Source of the DNA: Escherichia coli
GTDB taxonomy: Bacteria; Pseudomonadota; Gammaproteobacteria; Enterobacterales; Enterobacteriaceae
DNA length: 64,000 bases
Assembly: GCF_003018235.1 (NCBI RefSeq)
Contig: NZ_CP027437.1
Direction: 5' to 3' (one strand)
The translations under genes and the position numbers were made by a program. How positions within the stretch are numbered: the first letter of the stretch is position 1; every line of letters begins with the position of its first letter. This document shows, piece after piece, positions 20,229-34,777 of this stretch. A model generated the notes under the pieces. That model did not search any database. It was not told where the DNA came from and saw only the letters and a list, made by a program, of their open reading frames with translations.

Positions 20229-21479
20229 TTATTTTCTTCTGGCTGCTGGTAGTGCGGTTACGTTTTCTTGTGTTCCCGCCAGTATCCCTAACCGCTCCGT
20301 CCACATATCCAGCGCATTGCGTTTAGCATCCAGATAACGGGAATGATTATAAACTCGCTGCATTCCTGGCATCTGGTGGCCTGTAAGCTGCTCCACGACG
20401 TGAGGATCCACGCCTAAATCGTTCAGCATCGTTGTAAAGGTGCGCCGGATGTCATGTAGTGACCAGTGAGGGTGATTTAGCCTCCTGTGCGCTAATCTGC
20501 CGTACTGCGACACGCTTGTTTCCTGTTTCACTTCCCCCAGCAATAAGCCCGTGTTCCTGTTCTGCTCCACCAGCTGCGTGACGAACGGCAGTATTGCTTC
20601 CGGTATGGGCCGGAATATTGCCACCTTCGTTTTGCTGTGTTCTTTCGGCACGGTCCAGAGCATTTCGGTAAAATCCCACTCTCTGATCTCCGATAACCTC
20701 AGTTCTACCGTCCGGCATCCGAACACAATCAGGAGGCGGATTAACGCGATGTAGTAAGGGGAAAATATTTTTTTGTCCAGTGCCTGCAATAATTCGCCCA
20801 GTTCTTTGGTGCTTAAGACACGCTCGCTTATATCCGGTTTTTTCCCAACGTCCGCCACACTCATATCATCAAGAACGTTGCTGATTGCATAGCGCCGCCT
20901 CCTGCAGAACTTAAGCGCCTGTTTGCACGTCTGTAGCAAGAATCCGGCAGTAACAGGCGTTCGCTTTGCCACCTGGTCAAAACAGGCCAGCCAGTGCCGT
21001 AGCTCGCATTTATCCAGCGGCATAGCACCAATGTGCTGTATTACGTGATTATTAAGGCGCTTTTTCAGGGCGGCATAATCCACGCGATTTTCCTTTGCGT
21101 ACGACTCAAGCCAGTAGGTGAGCGCATCGCCAACCGTTACCGGCTTTAACGCTTCCTGTACGGTGTAATTCATTTCATGACGTGGATTTTTCCCCTCTGC
21201 CAGCCATGCGCGACACTGGGCGGCTTTTTCCCTGGCTGATTTCAGGCTCAGATCAGGATAATTTCCCAGCTTAATGCGTTCCGGTGGTGCCCCCCTTCCC
21301 GTTCCGGCCCTGTAAGTGAAATACCAGGTTAAAAGGCCACTGGTTGAATGCCTGACGCTCAGGTTTCCACCGTCATTAAGAAAGGCTGTTTTTTGGGCGG
21401 GTGTGCCGTTGATTTTCCTCAGCTGTGTATCGCTCAGTTTGTTAAGTGCTCTGCTCATAATTTTGATTCCGGTCATCAC
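20229..21479 (-). CDS. int: tyrosine site-specific integrase, P4-type
   Basis: 416 aa; C-terminal LHDIRRTFTTML ... GHQMPGMQRVYNHSRY catalytic region; start 6 bp from attR. Confidence 0.9.
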   Translation of the reverse strand: MMTGIKIMSRALNKLSDTQLRKINGTPAQKTAFLNDGGNLSVRHSTSGLLTWYFTYRAGTGRGAPPERIKLGNYPDLSLKSAREKAAQCRAWLAEGKNPRHEMNYTVQEALKPVTVGDALTYWLESYAKENRVDYAALKKRLNNHVIQHIGAMPLDKCELRHWLACFDQVAKRTPVTAGFLLQTCKQALKFCRRRRYAISNVLDDMSVADVGKKPDISERVLSTKELGELLQALDKKIFSPYYIALIRLLIVFGCRTVELRLSEIREWDFTEMLWTVPKEHSKTKVAIFRPIPEAILPFVTQLVEQNRNTGLLLGEVKQETSVSQYGRLAHRRLNHPHWSLHDIRRTFTTMLNDLGVDPHVVEQLTGHQMPGMQRVYNHSRYLDAKRNALDMWTERLGILAGTQENVTALPAARRK

Positions 21480-21484
21480 AATTA

Positions 21485-21505
21485 ACTACACCATTAACTA
21501 CACCG
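21485..21505. repeat. attR core actacaccattaactacaccg
   Basis: Identical to 10111-10131. Confidence 0.7.
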
Positions 21506-21706
21506 ATCGTTGCACAAAGGGCTACAACGTGAAACAAGCTGGAACAAGGAAAATCACAAACCTGTTTATAATCAAAAACATAATGAACAATCTGAAACAT
21601 TATGAAACGGCAAAAAACACTAATTGATAAAATATGTCCATACTTCACGCATTACGTTAAGCATCCGTTATAATCGGTTGCAGATACCAGCCTGTGGATG
21701 CTTAAC

Positions 21707-22828
21707 ATGGAATACCAACTCACTCTTAACTGGCCCGATTTTCTTGAACGTCACTGGCAGAAACGTCCGGTGGTGTTAAAACGCGGCTTTAATAATTTTA
21801 TTGACCCGATCTCTCCAGACGAGTTGGCGGGTCTGGCGATGGAAAGCGAAGTCGACAGTCGACTGGTCAGTCATCAGGATGGCAAATGGCAGGTCAGCCA
21901 CGGTCCATTCGAAAGCTACGATCATCTCGGTGAAACTAACTGGTCATTGTTAGTGCAAGCAGTGAACCACTGGCATGAACCGACCGCCGCGCTAATGCGA
22001 CCGTTCCGTGAACTACCGGACTGGCGTATTGATGATCTGATGATCTCTTTTTCTGTACCGGGCGGCGGCGTCGGCCCGCATCTCGATCAGTACGACGTGT
22101 TTATCATTCAGGGTACCGGTCGTCGTCGCTGGCGAGTGGGCGAAAAGCTACAAATGAAACAGCACTGCCCGCACCCGGATCTGTTACAGGTCGATCCGTT
22201 CGAAGCCATCATCGATGAAGAGCTGGAGCCTGGCGATATTCTTTATATTCCGCCAGGATTCCCGCATGAAGGCTACGCGCTGGAAAATGCGATGAACTAT
22301 TCCGTGGGTTTTCGCGCGCCAAATACGCGGGAACTGATTAGCGGATTTGCCGATTATGTGCTGCAACGTGAACTGGGCGGCAACTACTACAGCGATCCGG
22401 ATGTTCCACCTCGCGCTCATCCTGCGGACGTTCTGCCGCAAGAGATGGATAAACTGCGTGAGATGATGCTCGAATTGATCAACCAGCCGGAACACTTTAA
22501 GCAATGGTTTGGGGAGTTTATATCCCAGTCACGCCATGAACTGGATATCGCGCCGCCAGAGCCGCCTTATCAGCCGGATGAAATCTACGATGCGCTGAAA
22601 CAAGGTGAAGTGCTGGTGCGTCTGGGTGGTCTGCGCGTATTGCGCATTGGCGACGACGTGTATGCCAATGGTGAGAAGATCGATTCCCCACACCGTCCGG
22701 CACTGGATGCGCTCGCCAGCAACATTGCGCTGACCGCGGAGAATTTTGGTGATGCGCTGGAAGATCCGTCATTTCTCGCGATGCTTGCGGCACTAGTCAA
22801 TAGCGGGTATTGGTTCTTCGAAGGGTAA
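21707..22828 (+). CDS. roxA: ribosomal protein-arginine oxygenase (JmjC/cupin)
   Basis: MEYQLTLNWPDFLERHWQKRPVVLKRGF from ATG 21707. Confidence 0.9.
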   Translation: MEYQLTLNWPDFLERHWQKRPVVLKRGFNNFIDPISPDELAGLAMESEVDSRLVSHQDGKWQVSHGPFESYDHLGETNWSLLVQAVNHWHEPTAALMRPFRELPDWRIDDLMISFSVPGGGVGPHLDQYDVFIIQGTGRRRWRVGEKLQMKQHCPHPDLLQVDPFEAIIDEELEPGDILYIPPGFPHEGYALENAMNYSVGFRAPNTRELISGFADYVLQRELGGNYYSDPDVPPRAHPADVLPQEMDKLREMMLELINQPEHFKQWFGEFISQSRHELDIAPPEPPYQPDEIYDALKQGEVLVRLGGLRVLRIGDDVYANGEKIDSPHRPALDALASNIALTAENFGDALEDPSFLAMLAALVNSGYWFFEG

Positions 22829-22840
22829 GTTTGAAGTTAA

Positions 22841-22869
22841 GCCGGATGCGGCATCACATGCCGCATCCC
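22841..22869. terminator. bidirectional terminator between roxA and pepT
   Basis: Palindrome gccggatgcggcatcacatgccgcatccc between convergent genes. Confidence 0.4.
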
Positions 22870-22876
22870 TTTTCGC

Positions 22877-24103
22877 TTACTTCCGTTGCGCCGTCAACTC
22901 GGCAATACGGACGATCACCTGCACCGCTTTTTCCATACCTTCCAGAGTCACAAACTCATGCTTACCATGATAGTTGTAACCGCCAGTGAACAGGTTCGGG
23001 CACGGTAATCCCATAAACGACAACTGCGCGCCGTCGGTACCGCCGCGGATCGGTTTCAGTTCCGGTTCAATATCGCAGTCACGCATCGCCTGCTGGGCGA
23101 TATCGAGAATATGCGGATGCTCAACCACTTTCTCGCGCATATTGTAGTAACTGTCTTCAATCACCAGTTCAATGTAGCAATCAGGGTGTAACCCTTTGCC
23201 CACTTTTTTGGCGATCTCCATCATTTTGCGTTTACGCGCTTCAAACTGCTTACGATCAAAATCACGAATGATGTAGTGCATATCGGCCCGTTCAACGGTG
23301 CCTTTCATGCTCGCCAGGTGATAGAAACCTTCATAGCCTTCTGTCATTTCCGGGCTTTCATCCGCCGGAACTTCCGCATGAATACGTGCCGCCAGCGACA
23401 GCGCATTTACCATCACTCCTTTCGCTGTGCCCGGGTGAACATTGTTACCGACAATTTTGATATTGACCGACGCGGCGTTGAAGTTTTCAAACTCCAGTTC
23501 GCCTACGCCACCACCATCAACGGTGTAAGCCCAGCGGGCATCGAAGGCGTCAACATCAAAATGTTTCGCCCCTTTGCCCACTTCTTCATCCGGGGTAAAG
23601 GCGACGCGAATATCACCATGCGGAATGTTTTTCTGTTGCAATACCGCCAGCGCGGTCATGATTTCTGCAATACCGGCTTTGTCATCGGCACCTAACAAGG
23701 TTTTACCATCGGTGGTAATCAGCGTCTGACCCAGTAGCTGATGCAGCACCGGGAACATAACCGGTGATAAAACTTCATCGCCGATACCCAGCGCAATATC
23801 GCCACCGCGATAGTTTTCAACAATTTGCGGATTCACATTTTTGCCGCTGCAATCCGGTGAGGTATCCACATGAGAAATAAAGCCAATCGCCGGGATATCG
23901 CCAGGGACGTTAGCCGGTAACGTCGCCATCAAAGTGCCCTTCTCACTTAAGGTCACATTGATAAGCCCCATCTCTTCGAGCTGCTCTTTCAGCAGATGCA
24001 ATAACTTCCATTGGCCTTCCGTGCTGGGAACCTGTCTCACCCCTGCCTTTGATTGGGTATCCAGAGACACGTAGTTCAAAAATCGCTCAAGTAGTTTATC
24101 CAT
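22877..24103 (-). CDS. pepT: peptidase T
   Basis: [21 protein letters not shown] from ATG 24103. Confidence 0.95.
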   Translation of the reverse strand: MDKLLERFLNYVSLDTQSKAGVRQVPSTEGQWKLLHLLKEQLEEMGLINVTLSEKGTLMATLPANVPGDIPAIGFISHVDTSPDCSGKNVNPQIVENYRGGDIALGIGDEVLSPVMFPVLHQLLGQTLITTDGKTLLGADDKAGIAEIMTALAVLQQKNIPHGDIRVAFTPDEEVGKGAKHFDVDAFDARWAYTVDGGGVGELEFENFNAASVNIKIVGNNVHPGTAKGVMVNALSLAARIHAEVPADESPEMTEGYEGFYHLASMKGTVERADMHYIIRDFDRKQFEARKRKMMEIAKKVGKGLHPDCYIELVIEDSYYNMREKVVEHPHILDIAQQAMRDCDIEPELKPIRGGTDGAQLSFMGLPCPNLFTGGYNYHGKHEFVTLEGMEKAVQVIVRIAELTAQRK

Positions 24104-24352
24104 GTAGTCACCCTCACTTTTTGTGACAACATTATTAAGAAGCAAGAAAAGACAAATATTGCGTCAGGTCACTTTTACCCCTGCAAGCGGGAATATTTAT
24201 CAGCATTACCTTAATGAATATAAAGCTAAGCCAGTAATTCACAACAAAGATTGGCGATTCAAGCGGTTTGCCGTAGAATTACCGCCCTCATTAAGAGTCA
24301 CCAAGGTGGTTAACCACAAACCCCGCATCGGTAAGCCATCCGTTGCGTTTAC

Positions 24353-25489
24353 ATGGGACAGAGTAAAAAATTGAATAAACAACCGAGTTCGCTTTCACCG
24401 CTGGTGCAATTGGCGGGAATTCGCAAATGCTTTGATGGTAAAGAGGTCATTCCCCAGCTGGATCTGACTATCAACAATGGCGAGTTCCTCACGCTGCTTG
24501 GCCCTTCTGGCTGCGGTAAAACAACCGTTCTTCGCCTGATTGCAGGTCTGGAAACTGTTGATTCCGGACGCATCATGCTGGATAACGAGGACATCACCCA
24601 AGTTCCGGCGGAAAACCGCTATGTGAACACTGTTTTCCAAAGCTACGCACTTTTCCCCCACATGACCGTGTTCGAAAATGTGGCCTTTGGGTTACGCATG
24701 CAAAAAACCCCCGCTGCTGAAATTACGCCCCGCGTGATGGAAGCCCTGCGGATGGTGCAGCTGGAAACCTTCGCTCAACGCAAACCGCATCAGCTCTCTG
24801 GTGGTCAACAGCAACGCGTCGCCATTGCCCGCGCGGTGGTTAACAAGCCTCGTCTGTTGTTGCTGGATGAGTCGCTCTCAGCGCTGGATTACAAACTGCG
24901 CAAGCAAATGCAGAACGAGCTGAAAGCGTTACAGCGTAAGCTTGGCATTACATTCGTCTTCGTGACTCACGACCAGGAAGAAGCACTCACCATGTCGGAC
25001 AGGATTGTGGTGATGCGCGATGGTCGCATTGAGCAAGACGGCACGCCGCGTGAAATCTATGAAGAGCCGAAAAACCTGTTTGTTGCTGGGTTTATTGGCG
25101 AAATCAATATGTTTAACGCCACTGTCATCGAACGTCTCGACGAGCAGCGCGTACGCGCCAACGTTGAAGGCCGCGAATGTAATATCTACGTTAACTTCGC
25201 CGTTGAACCGGGGCAAAAACTGCATGTTCTGCTGCGCCCGGAAGACTTACGTGTTGAAGAGATTAACGACGACAACCACGCTGAAGGGCTGATTGGTTAC
25301 GTTCGCGAGCGTAACTACAAAGGCATGACGCTGGAGTCGGTTGTTGAACTGGAAAATGGCAAGATGGTGATGGTCAGCGAATTCTTCAATGAAGACGATC
25401 CTGACTTTGACCACTCTCTCGACCAAAAAATGGCCATTAATTGGGTAGAAAGCTGGGAGGTCGTACTGGCTGATGAAGAACACAAGTAA
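24353..25489 (+). CDS. potA: spermidine/putrescine ABC transporter ATPase
   Basis: 378 aa ABC ATPase with Walker [10 protein letters not shown] and LSGGQQQR signature. Confidence 0.95.
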   Translation: MGQSKKLNKQPSSLSPLVQLAGIRKCFDGKEVIPQLDLTINNGEFLTLLGPSGCGKTTVLRLIAGLETVDSGRIMLDNEDITQVPAENRYVNTVFQSYALFPHMTVFENVAFGLRMQKTPAAEITPRVMEALRMVQLETFAQRKPHQLSGGQQQRVAIARAVVNKPRLLLLDESLSALDYKLRKQMQNELKALQRKLGITFVFVTHDQEEALTMSDRIVVMRDGRIEQDGTPREIYEEPKNLFVAGFIGEINMFNATVIERLDEQRVRANVEGRECNIYVNFAVEPGQKLHVLLRPEDLRVEEINDDNHAEGLIGYVRERNYKGMTLESVVELENGKMVMVSEFFNEDDPDFDHSLDQKMAINWVESWEVVLADEEHK

Positions 25490-26330
25490 GTTCCAGAATG
25501 TAGTGATTGTCACTATTGTCGGTTGGCTTGTGTTGTTTGTCTTTCTGCCCAACCTGATGATCATTGGCACCAGCTTTTTGACCCGCGACGACGCCAGTTT
25601 CGTCAAAATGGTCTTTACGCTGGATAACTACACGCGTCTGCTCGATCCGCTCTATTTTGAAGTGCTATTGCACTCGCTGAATATGGCGCTGATCGCCACC
25701 CTCGCCTGCCTGGTGCTGGGCTATCCTTTTGCCTGGTTTCTGGCGAAGCTGCCACACAAGGTGCGTCCGCTGCTGCTGTTTCTGCTGATTGTTCCGTTCT
25801 GGACCAACTCATTGATTCGTATCTACGGGCTGAAAATTTTCCTCAGCACCAAAGGCTATCTCAACGAGTTTTTGCTCTGGCTGGGCGTTATCGATACACC
25901 AATTCGCATCATGTTCACACCCAGTGCGGTGATTATCGGTCTGGTTTACATTCTGCTGCCGTTTATGGTGATGCCGCTGTACTCGAGTATCGAAAAACTG
26001 GATAAGCCGTTGCTGGAGGCGGCGCGCGATCTCGGTGCCAGCAAGTTGCAGACCTTTATCCGCATCATTATCCCACTGACGATGCCGGGAATTATTGCCG
26101 GATGTCTGCTGGTGATGCTGCCAGCGATGGGCCTGTTCTATGTGTCCGACCTGATGGGCGGTGCGAAAAACCTGCTGATCGGTAACGTCATCAAGGTACA
26201 GTTCCTCAATATTCGTGACTGGCCGTTTGGTGCAGCCACCAGCATTACGCTGACTATCGTAATGGGCCTGATGTTGCTGGTTTACTGGCGCGCTTCTCGT
26301 CTGCTGAACAAAAAGGTGGAACTCGAATGA
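25473..26330 (+). CDS. potB: spermidine/putrescine ABC transporter permease
   Basis: Polytopic permease downstream of potA; true start may be internal. Confidence 0.9.
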   Translation: MKNTSKFQNVVIVTIVGWLVLFVFLPNLMIIGTSFLTRDDASFVKMVFTLDNYTRLLDPLYFEVLLHSLNMALIATLACLVLGYPFAWFLAKLPHKVRPLLLFLLIVPFWTNSLIRIYGLKIFLSTKGYLNEFLLWLGVIDTPIRIMFTPSAVIIGLVYILLPFMVMPLYSSIEKLDKPLLEAARDLGASKLQTFIRIIIPLTMPGIIAGCLLVMLPAMGLFYVSDLMGGAKNLLIGNVIKVQFLNIRDWPFGAATSITLTIVMGLMLLVYWRASRLLNKKVELE

Positions 26331-27121
26331 TCGGTCGACTGCTTCGCGGCGGTTTTATGACCGCTATCTACGCGTACCTGTATATCCCAATCATTATTTT
26401 GATTGTGAACTCCTTTAACAGCTCGCGCTTTGGCATCAACTGGCAGGGTTTTACCACCAAATGGTATAGCCTGCTGATGAACAACGACAGCCTGTTACAG
26501 GCAGCGCAGCATTCACTAACAATGGCGGTGTTTTCGGCGACGTTTGCTACGCTTATCGGTTCACTGACGGCAGTTGCGCTGTACCGTTATCGCTTTCGTG
26601 GTAAGCCGTTCGTTAGCGGAATGCTGTTTGTGGTGATGATGTCACCAGATATCGTGATGGCGATTTCGCTGCTGGTGCTGTTTATGCTGCTGGGTATTCA
26701 GCTTGGCTTCTGGTCGCTGCTGTTCTCGCATATCACCTTCTGCCTGCCATTTGTGGTGGTGACAGTGTATTCGCGCCTGAAAGGTTTTGACGTGCGAATG
26801 CTGGAAGCGGCGAAAGATCTCGGTGCCAGCGAATTTACCATTCTGCGAAAAATCATTCTGCCACTGGCAATGCCAGCGGTAGCGGCGGGCTGGGTGTTAA
26901 GCTTTACCCTGTCGATGGACGATGTAGTAGTTTCTTCGTTCGTCACCGGACCAAGCTATGAAATTCTGCCGTTAAAAATTTATTCGATGGTCAAAGTCGG
27001 CGTATCGCCGGAAGTTAACGCGCTGGCAACCATATTACTGGTGCTGTCGCTGGTGATGGTAATTGCCAGCCAGCTTATTGCTCGTGATAAAACGAAAGGT
27101 AACACAGGGGACGTTAAATGA
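26327..27121 (+). CDS. potC: spermidine/putrescine ABC transporter permease
   Basis: 264 aa permease; operon position. Confidence 0.9.
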   Translation: MIGRLLRGGFMTAIYAYLYIPIIILIVNSFNSSRFGINWQGFTTKWYSLLMNNDSLLQAAQHSLTMAVFSATFATLIGSLTAVALYRYRFRGKPFVSGMLFVVMMSPDIVMAISLLVLFMLLGIQLGFWSLLFSHITFCLPFVVVTVYSRLKGFDVRMLEAAKDLGASEFTILRKIILPLAMPAVAAGWVLSFTLSMDDVVVSSFVTGPSYEILPLKIYSMVKVGVSPEVNALATILLVLSLVMVIASQLIARDKTKGNTGDVK

Positions 27122-28164
27122 AAAAATGGTCACGCCACCTGCTCGCGGCGGGTGCTCTGGCACTGGGCATGAGCGCCGCTCACGCCGATGACAACAACAC
27201 GCTGTATTTTTACAACTGGACCGAGTACGTGCCACCAGGACTGCTTGAACAGTTCACCAAAGAAACCGGTATTAAGGTTATCTATTCGACTTACGAGTCG
27301 AACGAAACCATGTATGCCAAGCTGAAAACGTACAAAGACGGTGCCTATGACCTGGTGGTTCCTTCAACCTATTACGTCGATAAAATGCGTAAAGAAGGGA
27401 TGATCCAGAAGATTAACAAGTCGAAGTTAAGCAATTTCAGCAACCTCGATCCAGACATGCTCAATAAGCCGTTTGACCCGAATAACGACTACTCCATTCC
27501 GTATATCTGGGGTGCGACGGCGATTGGTGTTAATGGTGATGCGGTGGATCCCAAATCCGTTACCAGCTGGGCCGATCTGTGGAAGCCTGAGTACAAAGGC
27601 AGCCTGCTGCTGACCGACGATGCCCGTGAAGTGTTCCAGATGGCGCTGCGTAAGCTGGGCTACTCCGGTAACACCACCGATCCGAAAGAGATTGAAGCTG
27701 CATACAACGAGCTGAAAAAACTGATGCCAAACGTCGCGGCGTTTAACTCCGATAACCCGGCGAACCCGTATATGGAAGGCGAAGTTAACCTCGGCATGAT
27801 CTGGAACGGTTCTGCTTTCGTTGCACGCCAGGCGGGTACGCCAATTGATGTGGTGTGGCCGAAAGAAGGCGGCATTTTCTGGATGGACAGCCTGGCGATC
27901 CCGGCAAATGCCAAAAACAAAGAAGGCGCACTGAAATTGATCAACTTCCTGCTGCGCCCGGATGTGGCAAAACAGGTTGCTGAAACTATCGGTTATCCAA
28001 CGCCAAACCTTGCGGCGCGTAAGCTGTTAAGTCCGGAAGTGGCGAACGATAAAACGCTCTACCCGGATGCTGAAACCATTAAAAATGGTGAATGGCAGAA
28101 TGACGTTGGCGCAGCCAGCAGCATTTATGAAGAGTATTATCAGAAGCTGAAAGCAGGACGTTAA
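27118..28164 (+). CDS. potD: spermidine/putrescine periplasmic binding protein
   Basis: 348 aa with signal peptide; matches PotD. Confidence 0.95.
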   Translation: MKKWSRHLLAAGALALGMSAAHADDNNTLYFYNWTEYVPPGLLEQFTKETGIKVIYSTYESNETMYAKLKTYKDGAYDLVVPSTYYVDKMRKEGMIQKINKSKLSNFSNLDPDMLNKPFDPNNDYSIPYIWGATAIGVNGDAVDPKSVTSWADLWKPEYKGSLLLTDDAREVFQMALRKLGYSGNTTDPKEIEAAYNELKKLMPNVAAFNSDNPANPYMEGEVNLGMIWNGSAFVARQAGTPIDVVWPKEGGIFWMDSLAIPANAKNKEGALKLINFLLRPDVAKQVAETIGYPTPNLAARKLLSPEVANDKTLYPDAETIKNGEWQNDVGAASSIYEEYYQKLKAGR

Positions 28165-28179
28165 TTCAGCAAGCGGGCG

Positions 28180-28683
28180 GTGGTATTACCGCCCGTTTTT
28201 TATTTAGCAAGGATGTGGCTAATGAGTCAGGACAGTAAAGTTTTCTTTCGTATATTCCTCGGTATCGGTCTGGTACTGATCCTCATTTCTGTTGTTATCT
28301 TTTATAACCAGTTCACCTATAGCAAAGACGCGATTCATACTGAAGGCGTCATTGTTGATACCGTCTGGCACTCCAGTCATTCTCATCGCACGGGTAAAAA
28401 TGGTTCGTGGTATCCCGTCGTTGCCTTTCGACCGACGCCTGATTACACGCTAATTTTCAATTCGAGTATCGGCAGCGATTTTTATGAAGACAGCGAAGGC
28501 GATAAAGTTAATGTTTATTATTCTCCAGGGCATCCTGAAAAGGCTGAGATAAATAACCCGTGGGTTAATTTTTTTAAATGGGGGTTTATCGGCATTATGG
28601 GCGTTATTTTTATCGCCGTCGGTTTATTAATCAGTATGCCCTCCTCTAAAAAGTCACGCAGGAAACGGAAGTCCCGTCCATGA
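28180..28683 (+). CDS. ymfA: inner membrane protein
   Basis: Membrane protein after potD; symbol by K-12 synteny; start probably downstream of 28180. Confidence 0.6.
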   Translation: MVLPPVFYLARMWLMSQDSKVFFRIFLGIGLVLILISVVIFYNQFTYSKDAIHTEGVIVDTVWHSSHSHRTGKNGSWYPVVAFRPTPDYTLIFNSSIGSDFYEDSEGDKVNVYYSPGHPEKAEINNPWVNFFKWGFIGIMGVIFIAVGLLISMPSSKKSRRKRKSRP

Positions 28684-29465
28684 AAAAAATCATAATACTG
28701 CTCAGTTTACTGATACTGCTGCCTCTGACAGCAACCAGTAAGCCCTTAATCCCAATAATGAAGACACTTTTTACGGATGTTACAGGTACTGTACCGGATG
28801 CTGAGGAGATTGCGCGGAAAGCGGAGCTTTTTCGTCAACAAACCGGGATTGCGCCGTTTATCGTGGTTGTACCTGACGTTAATGAAGCAAGCTTCAGGCA
28901 AAATGGCAAAGCGATGCTGGCGCATGCGTCATCTTCATTGAGTGATGTAAAAGGCAGCGTCCTGTTACTTTTTACCACCCGCGAGCCACGGTTAATTATG
29001 ATAACCAACGGCCAGGTTGAAAGCGGTCTGGACGATAAACATCTCGGCCTTCTGGTAGAAAATCACACTCAGGCTTATTTACATGCGGACCTCTGGTATC
29101 AGGGAATCAATAATGCATTGGCTGTTTTACAAGCACAGATATTAAAACAACCGACGCCGCCACTGACATATTATCCGCATCCCGGACAACAGCAGGAGAA
29201 TGATCCTCCCGGCAGTACCACGATATTAGGTCTTTTTGCCTGGGCAGTTGCATTCATCGTCTTTACTGCATTTTTTTACTACACGACGCGCCTTAATTAT
29301 GCATTAAAGTTTGCAGTGGCGATGACTATTGCCAATATGGGTTATCAGGCTTTATGTTTGTACATCGATAATAGCTTTGCGATTACCAGAATATCGCCGC
29401 TCTGGGCAGGGCTGATTGGTGTCTGTACGTTTATTGCCGCGTTGTTATTGACGCGTAAACGGTAA
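28680..29465 (+). CDS. ycfZ: inner membrane protein
   Basis: 261 aa membrane protein; symbol by synteny. Confidence 0.6.
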   Translation: MKKIIILLSLLILLPLTATSKPLIPIMKTLFTDVTGTVPDAEEIARKAELFRQQTGIAPFIVVVPDVNEASFRQNGKAMLAHASSSLSDVKGSVLLLFTTREPRLIMITNGQVESGLDDKHLGLLVENHTQAYLHADLWYQGINNALAVLQAQILKQPTPPLTYYPHPGQQQENDPPGSTTILGLFAWAVAFIVFTAFFYYTTRLNYALKFAVAMTIANMGYQALCLYIDNSFAITRISPLWAGLIGVCTFIAALLLTRKR

Positions 29466-29489
29466 AAGAGGCAGTAAAGTGTGCGTCTA

Positions 29490-29600
29490 TTATGCCGGAG
29501 GCGGCGTAAACGCCTTATCCGGCCCACAAACCCGCAAATTCAATTAATTGCGTCCCCTTGTAGGCCTGATAAGCGTAGCACATCAGGCAATTCTTCCCGC
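29490..29600. repeat. REP palindromic units
   Basis: gcctgataagcg...cgcatcaggc-type palindromes between ycfZ and cobB. Confidence 0.5.
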
Positions 29601-29601
29601 T

Positions 29602-30423
29602 TTATAAGCCCTTCAGCAACTTTTCAACAAACTCTGGCACCACCTGGCTTGCCGGGCCGTAATATTTCTCGGCAAATTCATTACCGACCTGGCTTGGTTC
29701 AAGATTCAGCTCCACGGTGTGCGCGCCATGCAGTTTCGCTTCGTGAACAAACCCAGCTGCCGGATAAACATGCCCGGAAGTACCAATGGCAATGAAAATA
29801 TCGGCCATCGACAACGCCATATAAATTTCATCCATGCCGAGTGGCATTTCGCCAAACCAAACGACGTGCGGGCGCAAGGGTGCCGGGAACTGGCAACAAT
29901 GGCATTTATCTTCTGGCGTAACGTCTCCGGTCCAGTCGAGAACCTGACCACTTTGCGAACAGCGAACTTTCAGCAGTTCCCCATGCATATGAATGACATT
30001 GGTATTACCTGCGCGTTCATGCAGGTTGTCGATATTCTGCGTCACCAGCAAAAAGCGATCGCCGAGGGCGTCTTGCAGTTTAGCCAGCGCAAGATGCGCG
30101 GCGTTAGGCTGAATTTCTGGCTGCTGCAGCTGTCGGCGACGGGCGTTATAAAACGCTTGCACCAGTTCAGGATCGCGATCGAAACCTTCCGGCGTTGCCA
30201 CATCTTCAACCCGATGTTCTTCCCACAGGCCATCTGCGGCGCGAAAGGTACGAATACCTGATTCCGCAGAAATCCCTGCCCCTGTCAGTACGAGTACTCT
30301 TGGTTTTTCCATTGCTTCCGGCACCACTTTATCTCTGAAAAAAATACGCTGACGCAAACGCTCGCGCAGACGGCGTTTATTTTTACGAAAACGACTTAAC
30401 CGATGACCCCGACGCGACAGCAT
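29602..30423 (-). CDS. cobB: NAD-dependent protein deacylase (sirtuin)
   Basis: 273 aa; [19 protein letters not shown] sirtuin motif. Confidence 0.9.
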   Translation of the reverse strand: MLSRRGHRLSRFRKNKRRLRERLRQRIFFRDKVVPEAMEKPRVLVLTGAGISAESGIRTFRAADGLWEEHRVEDVATPEGFDRDPELVQAFYNARRRQLQQPEIQPNAAHLALAKLQDALGDRFLLVTQNIDNLHERAGNTNVIHMHGELLKVRCSQSGQVLDWTGDVTPEDKCHCCQFPAPLRPHVVWFGEMPLGMDEIYMALSMADIFIAIGTSGHVYPAAGFVHEAKLHGAHTVELNLEPSQVGNEFAEKYYGPASQVVPEFVEKLLKGL

Positions 30424-30438
30424 AGCAACCTCTGTTGT

Positions 30439-31350
30439 TTAATCGGTTAAATGTAGGAAGGCCGCACCACGCATTCCTCCCGCATCACCGTGGCGCGCGC
30501 GTTCAATGCGCGGAACACGAGCTACAGGTAAGAGATGACGAGGCAGCCTGTCCGCCAGTTGCGTTGTGATTGCCGGGAAATTCGATAAGCCACCACCAAT
30601 GACGACCAAGTCAGGGTCAACAATGGTCAGGATATTTCCCAGACAAACCGCTAATAAATCCAGATAACGCTCAACGTGCGCCCTTGCCTGCTCATCACCT
30701 TGATCATAAAGCGCAATAATTTCGGGAGCCTGCAACGGTTGATGATAATAGTGTTGATACAGCCACGCAAAACCGCGACCAGACAGATAATTTTCAATGC
30801 AGCCATGCTGACCACAGCCGCAGCGGCGTAACGGGAAATCCAGCCCCATCATGGTTAACGCATCAACCGGCAGACGCATATGACCAAACTCGCCGGTAAT
30901 ATAGCTTTTACCGGTAATTGGTTTACCGTTGAAAATCAGCCCGCCGCCAACGCCGGTGCCGAGAATCAACCCCATCACCAGTGGATATTGAGTAAATTCA
31001 TCATCCCAGGCTTCTGAAAGGGCAAAACAGTTGGCATCGTTATCAAGGCGGACATCGCGATCAAGACGTGCGCTCAGGTCGGCACGCAGCGGTTTACCGC
31101 TGGCAGCGGGGACATTGGCGGCATACAGCGTACCATCTTCTGTTTCCGGCATTCCCGGAATACCGATGCCGACAGAACCTTTACAGCCAAAACGCTTATC
31201 GGCTTCAGCCACCAGCTCGCACACTGCATCTAAAAATGCGTCATAGCTGTCACGCGGTGTCGGCACCCGCTTTTCCCACTGCAACTGCCGACCGCTATCA
31301 AACACGCCAAGCGCAATTTTCGTTCCACCAATATCAAACCCGTAATACAT
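30439..31350 (-). CDS. nagK: N-acetyl-D-glucosamine kinase
   Basis: [21 protein letters not shown]-family start at ATG 31350. Confidence 0.9.
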   Translation of the reverse strand: MYYGFDIGGTKIALGVFDSGRQLQWEKRVPTPRDSYDAFLDAVCELVAEADKRFGCKGSVGIGIPGMPETEDGTLYAANVPAASGKPLRADLSARLDRDVRLDNDANCFALSEAWDDEFTQYPLVMGLILGTGVGGGLIFNGKPITGKSYITGEFGHMRLPVDALTMMGLDFPLRRCGCGQHGCIENYLSGRGFAWLYQHYYHQPLQAPEIIALYDQGDEQARAHVERYLDLLAVCLGNILTIVDPDLVVIGGGLSNFPAITTQLADRLPRHLLPVARVPRIERARHGDAGGMRGAAFLHLTD

Positions 31351-31378
31351 TGCCGCTCCTTGTTTTAATGTACTGCCT

Positions 31379-34636
<3,258 letters not shown>

Positions 34637-34777
34637 CTAAAGGGCCTCATTTTCTCATCGGCCTTGTAGCCTGATCTTTATCTGAAAAATAACCAAATAC
34701 AGACAGATACGCATTACACCACGCGACTGGCCCCTCAGGATCAACAGCATGTTAAATAAAAAGAGCGTGTTGTCCTG

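Larger units (their letters stand above)
10111..21505. mobile_element. integrated phage-satellite-like island (~11.4 kb)
   Basis: 21-bp perfect direct repeats at both ends; integrase next to attR; AlpA, replication ATPase, SSB, capsid genes and cos sites inside; interrupts the phoQ-roxA junction, which I recall as adjacent in K-12. Confidence 0.8.

Noticed and set aside
10111-21505. Island as a complete or decayed lambdoid prophage
   Set aside because: No terminase, portal, protease, tail, lysis or repressor genes; gene set and size fit a satellite.
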